A DNA stretch of 38,857 bases, taken from positions 1 through 38,857 of the forward strand of contig DYKB01000065.1 of the NCBI GenBank assembly GCA_020722815.1, given 5' to 3'. Made by a program: the position numbers and the translations under genes. Every line of letters begins with the position of its first letter. Position 1 is the first letter of the stretch. Below are positions 27,927 through 38,857 of the stretch, in pieces. The DNA is from Caldithrix sp. (GTDB lineage Bacteria; Zhuqueibacterota; Zhuqueibacteria; Thermofontimicrobiales; Sulfurfontimicrobiaceae). Under the pieces are notes generated by a model. It did not search any database, was not told the origin of the DNA, and saw only the letters and a program-made list of their open reading frames with translations.

Positions 27927-28994
27927 TCAATTCTCAGCCTTTTCCGTGAGACTTTTAATCCCAAAGTCAATAATCGGGGCAAACATGTTAGCGAGCAGAA
28001 TGGCGAACATAACGCCGCCGGCAAAGAGGGAGAATGAGCGAATCAGCACTGTGAGCATGCCGGCCATGGCACCATAAATCCAGCGGCCGGCATTCGTGCG
28101 GGCCATGGAGACGGGGTCGGTGATCATAAAATAGCCGGCATAAACCAGGCCACCCGCAAGCAAGCCAAACAAGGGATGGGGAACCTGCGCAGGGACAGTT
28201 AAATGCAGGATTGTTTGCAGCACCAGGAATCCGCCGAAGAAACTAACCACTACACGCCAGTTGGCAATTTTTTTATAAAGCAGATAAATCCCGCCAATTG
28301 ACAGCAATAGCGCCGAAGTCTCCCCCAGTGAGCCGCCGCCAATTCCAACCAAATTCCCAAGCTTTTCAAATTGGCCATTAATATTACCGAGAAATAGTTG
28401 CCAGTAATCCGGAAGTGCGGCGGCACCATCACGGAAGGCACTAAGTGGCGTGGCGGTCGTGATGGCATCCACTAAATCGGCGGCTTTGGTGAAGTGCCAG
28501 GACACAAATCCAGCCGGAAAATCGCTGAAATTGGCAGCGGGCAACCAGCGATTGGTCATGTGAACCGGAAAAGTAATGTAAACAAAACCTCTGGCCACCA
28601 GTGCCGGATTAAACACATTATTTCCAAATCCACCAAAGGCCATTTTACCGAAAGTTACGCCGAAAATCGCCCCTAAAGGAACCATCCACAACGGAATTGT
28701 CGGGGGCAGACTCAACGCGTAAAGGATGGCCGTGACGAGGATGGCTTCGGTGACTTTTCCGTTTTTCCCGCGCACAAAAAGCCATTCGGTTAAGACACAG
28801 GTGATAATTGAGAGGAGGGTAACAACAAATGCGAACCAGCCGAAAAAGAAAACCGCACCGAAGAGCACCGGTATGAGGGCATAAACGACTGTCCGCATGG
28901 CTGGTTGTTTCTGGAAAGCAATTTTAAGTGACATAAGAATCCTGTTGTTATATAATAGAATATGTTTGTAACGCAGCGGATGCGGAAAACGCAA
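27927..28994 (-). CDS. RnfD/NqrB-family integral membrane protein (orphan). Real start possibly the internal Met at ~28934.
   Basis: LSLPPTIPLWMVPLGAIFGVTFGKMAFGGFGNNVFNPALVARGF and GIGGGSLGETSALLLSIGGIYL match conserved NqrB/RnfD blocks. Confidence 0.8.
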   Translation of the reverse strand: MRFPHPLRYKHILLYNNRILMSLKIAFQKQPAMRTVVYALIPVLFGAVFFFGWFAFVVTLLSIITCVLTEWLFVRGKNGKVTEAILVTAILYALSLPPTIPLWMVPLGAIFGVTFGKMAFGGFGNNVFNPALVARGFVYITFPVHMTNRWLPAANFSDFPAGFVSWHFTKAADLVDAITTATPLSAFRDGAAALPDYWQLFLGNINGQFEKLGNLVGIGGGSLGETSALLLSIGGIYLLYKKIANWRVVVSFFGGFLVLQTILHLTVPAQVPHPLFGLLAGGLVYAGYFMITDPVSMARTNAGRWIYGAMAGMLTVLIRSFSLFAGGVMFAILLANMFAPIIDFGIKSLTEKAEN

Positions 28995-29095
28995 AGAATA
29001 AACCGCTTATTTTGCATAAGCGCTTCTTCTGCTAACTTCTGTGAGTGCTTCATCGCTGCGTTGTTTTATTTATTTTCGATAAGCAGCTAAATTTT

Positions 29096-29569
29096 GTAAC
29101 CGATCACAGGGTGAAAACGAACAATTATCATTTTTTGTGTCCAGGGCAGCGGTGGATAAAGTCTGCTGGAATATCCTCAAGCCGACTGCGCCTCATCAAA
29201 AGATCAGCTTTGCTGAAAAGGGTGAACACTTTATTGAATGTTGTCATCCGACATTGTCGCTGAAAAAGATTAAGAAAGATAACGTTGGCTGGATTTGACC
29301 CATCCGGTTGGTTGAGGTAACACCTTCTTAACCTTAGTAATCCGCCAAACCCGGAACACCACCAACCTTATTCCCTTATTGGTGATGATAATCAAATGAA
29401 AAAATAAGGTCATAAGGTTAAATTGTCGGGACCCTCGAATTGTTACTAAGGTCAATAAGGTTTATTGGGTTTGATCGCGCGGCCTAGTTGATTAAAAACC
29501 TTATTATCCTTAGGAATCAGTAAAACCGGCGACACAACAAATTTGATCCTATTCCCTGTGATCGGTTAC
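29096..29569. mobile_element. Complete MITE-like element of 474 bp. 16-bp TIRs GTAACCGATCACAGGG / CCCTGTGATCGGTTAC. 8-bp target-site duplication TAAATTTT (29088..29095 and 29570..29577).
   Basis: Same family as 1..120 and 38804..38857. Interior is rich in AAGGT/ACCTT hairpins. The only ORF (61 aa) is implausible. Confidence 0.7.
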
Positions 29570-29849
29570 TAAATTTTTTATACCCGTGCAAATTGATATT
29601 AAAAAATTGTTACAAACTTTGTGATAATGCTAAAATATACAAAATCAACTCAGGAAAAACAATATTTTTTTATGATGGTTTTGGGGATGAATTTGAGGAT
29701 TAATCGATATTATGCGATGAATCAGGAAGTTGCGTGGTCCCCCAAAATGCACTTCGCCATAACAACCACCGCACTATTTTGTTATTAAGCATCCCCCCCG
29801 GCCTGTCGAAGCTTGCCCTGAGCCTGTCGAAGAGGGTGAAATCCACCCG

Positions 29850-31157
29850 TCAAATTCGCGCCAGTCCCAAAAAGACCGCATGAAGCATAATGATGAGACT
29901 CAAAAAAATCCGGCGTGATTTCTCCGGATTGAATTTCAGTAAGGAATAGTGAATCCAGTTTCCCTTACAACTGGTAATACAATCGCCGCAAAGGGTGCAG
30001 GTTGGGCCGGGACGTTTTTTTTGAATATCATCGAATGATAAGGCATCGTATCGGCAGACGAAATGGCAGGCACGGCATTCGGTACACTCATTATCCAGCC
30101 TGATACGAAAAAGCGATAATTTGCCAAGCCAGTTTGCTACCAGTCCCATGGGGCAATAGGTTATACAATGTGTCATAATTCCTTTTTTTCGCGACCAGAA
30201 AACCATCAGACCGATTCCAAATAGTCCAAAAGCGATGGCGAGACCCAGCGCAAGGCTTATGGAGAGGCCGGCAAATCGGAGTACCAGACTGATGACAATG
30301 ACGCCGACAAGAATTCCCAACCGCAGCTTTCCAGCCCAGCCCGGCATTTTTTGGGGTCGCGTGCTATTTTGTGCAGCCAGATTATCCCAGGCACCAATGT
30401 AGCACAGATAGCTGCACCAGGCCGGGCCGGCTAATAAGACCGTTACACCAAAAAGAATGGGCATAAAAAAACCGGTACCCCGATAAATTGGTCCGCCCAA
30501 AATGAGTGCCGGAATCGGCAGATGCAATTTGCCAGTCATCAGGAACTTCTCAAAGCCAATCAGTCCCAATAATAATTGGAGAAAGAAAACAATGGAAAAT
30601 CCCAGCCAGAGTCGCAAACGCCACTGGCGGCTGGTTTCGGTAATATAAATTTTATCAACCATCCAGCCAGCGTACAAAGCTAATCCGAAAATCTGGAGCC
30701 AGCCATAATTGGGAAAGAATCGTTCAACCAATAACATGGGGGGCTGCACTTGCAGGTGGACAATTCCCAGAACGATCGCCGTCAGGATAAAGGTGACGGT
30801 GCTGAGTGTCGCGGTTTCGGGGACCCGATTAATACGTTCCTGCAATTTTTGATTTCGAAATAATAAAAGCGAGATAACCGTAAAAAGTGCCACACTTCCC
30901 AGAATAGCAATTAAGCGAATCCAGGGCTGACCCGCGGCTTGCCGGATTTGAACCAATTGCATCAGGCTACGAATCCATTCGAATGTCCCAAGTAAAAGGG
31001 CCAATTGAATAATATTGGAAATCCATTTTTTACGAAAAAGGAGAAGTACCGGCAAAAGGAGACAAATCCAGACCAACGCCGGCGCATTATGCCGGGAAAA
31101 GTGCGCTCCTAACAAAATGAAGGATAGAATTACCAGGACAATACGGAGTAAATTCAT
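29850..31157 (-). CDS. Polytopic membrane iron-sulfur protein of the NapH/MauN/NosR-C-terminal family (polyferredoxin)
   Basis: ~10 TM helices. CxYLCxxG-type motif AWCSYLCYIGAW. Two C-terminal 4Fe-4S motifs CTECRACHFVC and CTLCGDCITSC. Confidence 0.65.
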   Translation of the reverse strand: MNLLRIVLVILSFILLGAHFSRHNAPALVWICLLLPVLLLFRKKWISNIIQLALLLGTFEWIRSLMQLVQIRQAAGQPWIRLIAILGSVALFTVISLLLFRNQKLQERINRVPETATLSTVTFILTAIVLGIVHLQVQPPMLLVERFFPNYGWLQIFGLALYAGWMVDKIYITETSRQWRLRLWLGFSIVFFLQLLLGLIGFEKFLMTGKLHLPIPALILGGPIYRGTGFFMPILFGVTVLLAGPAWCSYLCYIGAWDNLAAQNSTRPQKMPGWAGKLRLGILVGVIVISLVLRFAGLSISLALGLAIAFGLFGIGLMVFWSRKKGIMTHCITYCPMGLVANWLGKLSLFRIRLDNECTECRACHFVCRYDALSFDDIQKKRPGPTCTLCGDCITSCKGNWIHYSLLKFNPEKSRRIFLSLIIMLHAVFLGLARI

Positions 31158-31170
31158 TTCAAAATCTCCA

Positions 31171-31512
31171 TTAACCGCGAATCATGGTGAGTAGCATTTT
31201 AAATTTCTGAACGGCTTTTACCGCATGGGGGATATTGGCAGGCATGAGAACCGTTTCGCCTGTCCGGGCCGTCATTTTCTGTCCACCGATTATCAATTCG
31301 GCTTCGCCATCCAGTACCTGGACGAACGCATCGAAGGGGGCGGAATGTTCACTGAGCGCCTGACCTGCATCAAAAGCAAAAAGGGTCATGGTGCCGGCAT
31401 CATTTCCGGTAATCGTACGACTGACAATTGATGTGCGCGCATACTCGACTAAATCAGTCAGTTTTACTGGCTGTGAGAGCGGAAAAGTGTTTTTCTTATC
31501 ATCGTTTTTCAC
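31171..31512 (-). CDS. Cupin-2 small beta-barrel protein
   Basis: 113 aa. Cupin motifs G..ALSEHSAPFDAFVQVLDGEAEL and ETVLMPANIPHAVKA. Confidence 0.7.
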   Translation of the reverse strand: MKNDDKKNTFPLSQPVKLTDLVEYARTSIVSRTITGNDAGTMTLFAFDAGQALSEHSAPFDAFVQVLDGEAELIIGGQKMTARTGETVLMPANIPHAVKAVQKFKMLLTMIRG

Positions 31513-31875
31513 TTAAATCTCCTGAATATTTTATGAAATTGTTTGTTAAATTGATAATTATATTACGTATTTTATGCAAAAAAGCCAAAGCTGTTCCACA
31601 AAAAGTCAAAATCAAGTAAGGAGGCCCTTCCTTCGGTCGTAATCGGGCCTGGCTTTCTACACGAAGAATCTTTTAATATCGTACCAAATTCTTCGTACCG
31701 CAAAAAACGAGGCACGCCGAATGACAGTATAATCGGATTAAGTTAATTTAATAATAATTCATCATTACGATAATAACCCATCGGAACTCAATGAAACGAA
31801 AACTCGTAACATGTAAGGGCGATGATGAATAAACTTGTAACTTTAATTTGAATATAAACATCTAATAATCAGAAT

Positions 31876-32340
31876 ATGACACCATTTTACACATATTATG
31901 AATCGCCGATAGGTATCATAAAAATTGTCGGCACAGAGAATGCTATAACACATTTGCTTTTTATCGATAAGCGTGAGCCAGCATCAGGCTCAATTCCGAC
32001 AGTGCTGAATTCGATGGGATCACAATTAGATGAATATTTTGCCGGACGAAGAAAAAAATTTGATATCCCGATTTTGATGCAGGGGACGCCATTTCAGGAA
32101 AAGGTATGGCAGGAACTACTCAAGATCCCTTATGGCGTCTGCATGAGTTACGGGGAGATTGCGCAAAGAATTGGGCAGAAAAAGGCCTCCCGTGCGGTGG
32201 GATCAGCCAATCACCTCAACAAGTTGCCAATCATCATCCCCTGCCATCGTGTAATCGGAAAGAACAGGAAGCTGGTCGGATATGCAGGTGGTGTCTGGCG
32301 CAAAGAATGGCTTTTGGAACACGAGCAACGCTTTATTTGA
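31876..32340 (+). CDS. ogt: Methylated-DNA-protein-cysteine methyltransferase (Ogt/MGMT)
   Basis: Active-site IIPCHRVIG and HTH motif YGVCMSYGEIAQRIG. Confidence 0.9.
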   Translation: MTPFYTYYESPIGIIKIVGTENAITHLLFIDKREPASGSIPTVLNSMGSQLDEYFAGRRKKFDIPILMQGTPFQEKVWQELLKIPYGVCMSYGEIAQRIGQKKASRAVGSANHLNKLPIIIPCHRVIGKNRKLVGYAGGVWRKEWLLEHEQRFI

Positions 32341-32492
32341 TAGCATTAATTGGATAAAGTATCGAGTAGTCAGATATTTTTTAAATTTCATTCGAATAAC
32401 TATCAATTAATGCTTGTTTTTTTCATTGAAAATAATTAGTTTTAATATAAATAAATGGTCCGGAAAGAAATATTAATTTGGAGTATCCCTGA

Positions 32493-32810
32493 ATGAGTGA
32501 TGATGATCTACAAAATGACACCAATACATCGACGCAAGAAAAAACAACTGTTGAAGAGCCAAAACTTTATCGTGTTTTACTCCACAACGATAATTACACG
32601 ACCATGGATTTTGTGGTTATGATACTGGAAAAAGTATTTCATAAATCACCATCCGAGGCAACTCGAATCATGCTGAATGTCCATCAAAAAGGGATTGGCG
32701 TTTGTGGAATTTATCCACGGGACGTTGCTGAAACGAAAGTTGTGACGGTTCAGGTGTTGGCAGAAAACCATAATTTTCCCTTGTTATGTACAATGGAAGA
32801 AAATGAATGA
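32493..32810 (+). CDS. clpS: ATP-dependent Clp protease adaptor ClpS
   Basis: KLYRVLLHNDNYTTMDFVVMILEKVFHKS...ATRIMLNVHQKGIGVCG. Confidence 0.9.
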   Translation: MSDDDLQNDTNTSTQEKTTVEEPKLYRVLLHNDNYTTMDFVVMILEKVFHKSPSEATRIMLNVHQKGIGVCGIYPRDVAETKVVTVQVLAENHNFPLLCTMEENE

Positions 32811-32828
32811 TAAAGGAATTAGGATTGT

Positions 32829-35093
<2,265 letters not shown>

Positions 35094-35251
35094 CCATCCC
35101 GGTTCAATTATATTTATCAAACCATCGCCGGACCAGTTTTCAAACGCCTCTTTTTGAAAGCTGTTCTTAAAATTTTTCTTTGAAAAAAATAAAAAATTGT
35201 TATATTATTAAACAAAATCCTTCCGCTTAACAATTGTGAATACTCAAATAT

Positions 35252-36817
35252 ATGAAAAACATAACACCAAAAGAATCATTAAGCTATCAAATATATCGAT
35301 TGACAGCGGAATATTTGCATTCCCTCAAAAAAAAGGATTTGAAAGACTTTGTAATGACGTCTGATTCTTTGAAAAAAGCTGAGGAATTTTTCCAGGCCAT
35401 TGATAATATTGATTCACAAGTTTCTGTCCTTTTGCCAGATGATACAACCGGAATTTTAGCGGCAGCATTCGCAGATAAAATTGCAGAATCCTGTTCGAAT
35501 ATAAAAATCAAAATGACCTTTTATGTGGAGAATAAAAAACATATTCCTCTGCTTGAGCAAAATTTACAGTTCATCAAGGATAGATTTAAAAAAAGTAACA
35601 ATACAATCGATTCTGTAATTGAAACAAAAAATTTTATAAAAACCCAAACCCATCTTTTGAATGAAGAACCGCTTTTCAGGGGCATTGAAAACCAGCGCAA
35701 TTTTGATCTGATTCTTTCAAATCCACCGGTTTATAAAATTTGCAAATTGACATCCGACTTGAAATCAATTAACAACACGGTTTCCGGCCAGGCCAATATT
35801 TTCACTTTTTATCTCGTTTTTGCCAGTCAATTATTGACCGAAAAAGGCCAACTTATCATTTTGACACCAGAAAAATTTCTTTCAAGTCGCTATTTTACAA
35901 ATTTTAGAAAATGGTTATTGAATCATATCAAACCTGTGGCGATTCATCTTTTTCAAAACGATAGCATTTTAGAAGATGTAATTTTGACATTTAAAAAATC
36001 ACCTGCAGAACTAACGACTGTAAAAATAAATCTTTATGAGGCTCAACACCCGATTAAATCCTTTTCGACGCCTGTTAAATCATTAATCCCCGCGCGCGAT
36101 GCCAATAAAGTTATTCCCCTCCCGCTGGATGAACTGGAAATTGAAATTTTGCATTACGTCCGCTCCTGGAAAAAACGATTTTCATATATTGGATTAAAAG
36201 CAGCATCCGGTCGAATTATTCTCGCTGAAGTAAAATCTTTATTAAAAGTTCTCAAAAAAGAAGATGAAAAAGCGCGAAAACCATTGCTCTGGCCTGATCA
36301 TCTGCAAAATTTTTCGATTACACATCCTATCGAAAATTTTAAAGCCCCCCAAACGATTCGCTTCGCAGTAGAAGCGGAAAAACGATTTATTAAAAATCAA
36401 CGTTATATCATGGTAAAACGTATGATGACTGCGAATCACCGCCGGAAAATTTATGCCGGCTATTACGCACCCGCCTTGTTTGAATCCAACCTGATTGCAC
36501 TTGAAAAACGACTCATCTACATCTGGAAAATAGAAGGCAAATTATCGCTCGAGGAATCATTGGGCATTATGGCGATTTTAAATTCAAGCCTTATCAATCA
36601 TTATTTGAGAATCGTCAATGGAACCCGGCCAATTTCCGCTGCCGATCTTCGCATTCTTCCCATTCCCGATTACGAAAAAATTATTGAAATTGGCGCGGCA
36701 ATAAATCACCTGAAAGAACTGAATTATTCACATATTGATCAAATTGTTCATGAAAAATTTAAAATTCCAGCCAACATCCAGCATTATCTTGAAAAAGAAA
36801 ATGAGAAATATGGTTAA
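35252..36817 (+). CDS. N6-adenine (gamma-class, Eco57I/TaqI-like) methyltransferase-like protein with an atypical catalytic motif NPPV and a degenerate SAM motif
   Basis: FDLILSNPPVYKICKL (motif IV, D/N-P-P-Y-like). Downstream ANIFTFYLVFASQLLTEKGQLIILTP. No canonical FxGxG. Confidence 0.45.
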   Translation: MKNITPKESLSYQIYRLTAEYLHSLKKKDLKDFVMTSDSLKKAEEFFQAIDNIDSQVSVLLPDDTTGILAAAFADKIAESCSNIKIKMTFYVENKKHIPLLEQNLQFIKDRFKKSNNTIDSVIETKNFIKTQTHLLNEEPLFRGIENQRNFDLILSNPPVYKICKLTSDLKSINNTVSGQANIFTFYLVFASQLLTEKGQLIILTPEKFLSSRYFTNFRKWLLNHIKPVAIHLFQNDSILEDVILTFKKSPAELTTVKINLYEAQHPIKSFSTPVKSLIPARDANKVIPLPLDELEIEILHYVRSWKKRFSYIGLKAASGRIILAEVKSLLKVLKKEDEKARKPLLWPDHLQNFSITHPIENFKAPQTIRFAVEAEKRFIKNQRYIMVKRMMTANHRRKIYAGYYAPALFESNLIALEKRLIYIWKIEGKLSLEESLGIMAILNSSLINHYLRIVNGTRPISAADLRILPIPDYEKIIEIGAAINHLKELNYSHIDQIVHEKFKIPANIQHYLEKENEKYG

Positions 36818-36915
36818 TTATGGGAACCAAAGGGCATTCGAATACATATAAATTAGATTTCAATGGACTTAATACTTATTGAAATGCGATTATAGATGAC
36901 AAGAAAGGTAACTGG

Positions 36916-37986
36916 ATGAAGATTGGTTTGATCGGATTGTCCAAATCCGGAAAGACAACGATTTTTAATGCACTAACCAAATCAAAAGCGGATACGAACA
37001 GTTTTAGTGCGATAAAAAATGAGCCCAATTTAGCGATTGTTGAAGTCGGGGATAAAAGAATTGATCGATTAACACAGATTTATCAACCGAAAAAGGTTGT
37101 TTATGCAACAGTTGAATTAACTGATTTTGTTGGGGTTACGAAAGGTTCCGGAAAAGACGGCCTTTTTCCACCCGAATTAATGAAATTAGTCAGAAATGTG
37201 GATGCCCTGACCGTCGTTATTCGTAATTTTGACGATGATTTTTCAGGAAGTCCAACGCCCAGGGAAGATATTGAACAAATTGAAGTGGAACTTTTACTTT
37301 CAGATCTCATTGTTGTGGAAAAAAGACTCGAGAGAATTGCTGAAGCCTATAAAAAAGGATTAAAAAATAATCTCCTGCAAATTGAAGAACGGGCACTCAG
37401 AAGAATTCAGGACCAGCTCAATCATAATAAATTTATCAATGGCTTAAGTTTTGATCAGGATGAAATGAAGACGATTCGAACGCATCAATTATTAACGCAG
37501 AAGCCTGTTATGGTGATTTTGAATTCCAGCGAAACAAATTTTGGAAAAAATGATTTGCTGTTGAACGAGCTTAATCAAAAATATAATTCCATTGAATTTG
37601 CCGGCAAGTTTGAAATGGAATTAGCCCAATTGGAAAATGAAGAAGAAATCCAAATGTTTATGGATGACATCGGGATATCAGAATCAGCCCGGAATAGACT
37701 TACCACCGCGGCTTACGATTTGTTAGGGTACATCAGTTTTTTCACGGTGGGTGCCGACGAAGTTCGGGCCTGGAATATTCACAAGGGCGACACGGCAGTT
37801 GACGCCGCGGCAGCGATTCACACGGACCTGGCCAAAGGTTTCATTCGTGCCGAATGCTTTCATTATGACGCGCTGATTGAAAGTGGCTCGGAAAAAGCTG
37901 TTCGCGAAAAAGGCCTTTTTCGCCTTGAAGGAAAGGAATATAAGGTTCGCGATGGCGATATTTTAAGCATTCGGTTTAATATTTAG
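36916..37986 (+). CDS. ychF: Ribosome-binding ATPase YchF/OLA1 (Obg-family GTPase with a TGS domain)
   Basis: G1 GLSKSGKTT, coiled-coil insert, C-terminal TGS FFTVGADEVRAW...DLAKGFIRAE. Confidence 0.85.
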   Translation: MKIGLIGLSKSGKTTIFNALTKSKADTNSFSAIKNEPNLAIVEVGDKRIDRLTQIYQPKKVVYATVELTDFVGVTKGSGKDGLFPPELMKLVRNVDALTVVIRNFDDDFSGSPTPREDIEQIEVELLLSDLIVVEKRLERIAEAYKKGLKNNLLQIEERALRRIQDQLNHNKFINGLSFDQDEMKTIRTHQLLTQKPVMVILNSSETNFGKNDLLLNELNQKYNSIEFAGKFEMELAQLENEEEIQMFMDDIGISESARNRLTTAAYDLLGYISFFTVGADEVRAWNIHKGDTAVDAAAAIHTDLAKGFIRAECFHYDALIESGSEKAVREKGLFRLEGKEYKVRDGDILSIRFNI

Positions 37987-38067
37987 TACTTACATAGTTT
38001 CCCGGATCATCACTATAAAAATTTTATAAATTGCTTTCAATTAATTTAAAATTTATAAGAGTTTAAA

Positions 38068-38787
38068 ATGAGTTTTGATAAAATAGCCGTACAAAATTTA
38101 CAAAATCGCTTACAAAAAAACAGCTACCCCGGACGTGGGATCGTCATGGGCAAAAACCAATCTGGTTCACATCTGGTTCAAATTTACTGGATAATGGGAA
38201 GAAGCGAAAATAGTCGAAATCGCCTTTTTACGCTCGAACACGACATTATTAAGACTGAACCGAAAGAGGCATCGAAAATGACCAATCCAGAACTCATTAT
38301 TTATCAGGCAGTACGGCATCTGGAAAATTACTACATTGTCTCAAATGGGGTTCAAACTGATACAATTTATGCGGCACTTCAGGAAGGTAATTCTTTCGGG
38401 GCTGGTTTTAAAAAGTATGTTTATGAACCCGACTCACCCAATTATACACCCAGAATTGCTGGTTTGATAAATCTTCAAACCGGAGAACCAATCTTTCAAA
38501 TGGCGATTGTAAAAAAATCGGTAATGAATTCAGCCCCGATTTATAGTTTTTTTGAATATTCCCGGATTGAAAATGGATATGGCTATTGCCTCCACACGTA
38601 CGAAAAAGATGAGACACCCTTACCCTCATTTGCAGGTGAACCATATCTGGTACCAATCGCGGATAAACTGGAGGAGATTGCTCACCAGTACTGGCAAATT
38701 TTAGCTACCGAAAATAAAATTGCCCTGGTTGCGAAGAGTGTAGATGTGAACAGTTTGAAAGTCGCTTACGCTATAATAAACAAATAG
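38068..38787 (+). CDS. PurO-like (archaeal-type IMP cyclohydrolase family) protein. Tentative.
   Basis: N-terminus YPGRGIVMGKNQSGSHLVQIYWIMGRSENSRNR resembles the PurO motif GR..v.Gk...G...v.YrvsSRSFPNR. Confidence 0.35.
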   Translation: MSFDKIAVQNLQNRLQKNSYPGRGIVMGKNQSGSHLVQIYWIMGRSENSRNRLFTLEHDIIKTEPKEASKMTNPELIIYQAVRHLENYYIVSNGVQTDTIYAALQEGNSFGAGFKKYVYEPDSPNYTPRIAGLINLQTGEPIFQMAIVKKSVMNSAPIYSFFEYSRIENGYGYCLHTYEKDETPLPSFAGEPYLVPIADKLEEIAHQYWQILATENKIALVAKSVDVNSLKVAYAIINK

Positions 38788-38803
38788 TTAGTATTCTGAC
38801 AGA

Positions 38804-38857
38804 GTAACCGATCACAGGGAATAGTATCAAATTTGTTGTGTCGCCGGTTTTACTGAT
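38804..38857 (-). mobile_element. Third copy of the 29096..29569 MITE family, in inverted orientation. Starts with the TIR GTAACCGATCACAGGG and is truncated by the window end.
   Basis: Reverse complement equals the 3' part of 1..120. Confidence 0.6.

Noticed and set aside
29270-29455. 61-aa ORF inside the MITE
   Set aside because: It lies wholly within a non-autonomous element bounded by TIR/TSD, has no start context and gives a low-complexity basic peptide.
1-29577. 29-kb integrated island bounded by the direct repeats at 1..120 and 29448..29569
   Set aside because: The internal copy has its own TIRs and target-site duplication, so it is an independent small insertion. No integrase, recombinase or tRNA is present, and the intervening genes are ordinary chromosomal functions.

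Overview
The window is about 38.9 kb of low-GC (~40%) bacterial chromosome. Two large secreted proteins end in type-IX-secretion (Por) C-terminal sorting domains, so the organism is probably in the Bacteroidota / FCB-superphylum lineage; this is an inference from the T9SS tails. Coding density is high on both strands. Reading left to right: (1) a tightly packed minus-strand operon PspA/IM30 -> NfeD -> flotillin/SPFH -> CYTH (class-IV adenylate-cyclase-like). (2) A papain-family (C1) cysteine peptidase with a T9SS tail. (3) A Tat-signal sugar-phosphate isomerase. (4) A T9SS surface-adhesin module: a 1559-aa vWA + DUF11-repeat adhesin followed by a 983-aa beta-barrel/OmpA-like putative outer-membrane anchor. 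(5) A DASS/ArsB-type permease. (6) An overlapping PlsC-like/GNAT-like acyltransferase pair resembling OlsA/OlsB aminolipid synthesis. (7) An operon with a fused GHMP sugar kinase::GalU-like nucleotidyltransferase, a NUDIX hydrolase and an orphan solute-binding protein. (8) A cupin / NapH-like polyferredoxin / orphan RnfD-NqrB-like gene set. (9) Housekeeping genes MGMT, ClpS, ClpA, a degenerate NPPV methyltransferase-like protein, YchF and a PurO-like protein. The non-coding DNA is unusually structured. It holds two MITE-like families, each with terminal inverted repeats and target-site duplications; one family has a truncated copy at each window edge. It also holds a 230-bp tandem array built from a 13-mer inverted repeat, a 42-bp tandem repeat, several long palindromes, and five near-identical 423-bp repeats inside the adhesin gene. 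The best candidates for an undescribed system are the orphan RnfD-like + NapH-like + cupin redox module (which is split and flanked by repeats), the kinase::pyrophosphorylase fusion operon, and the PspA-NfeD-flotillin-CYTH operon. No rRNA, tRNA or CRISPR array could be supported.
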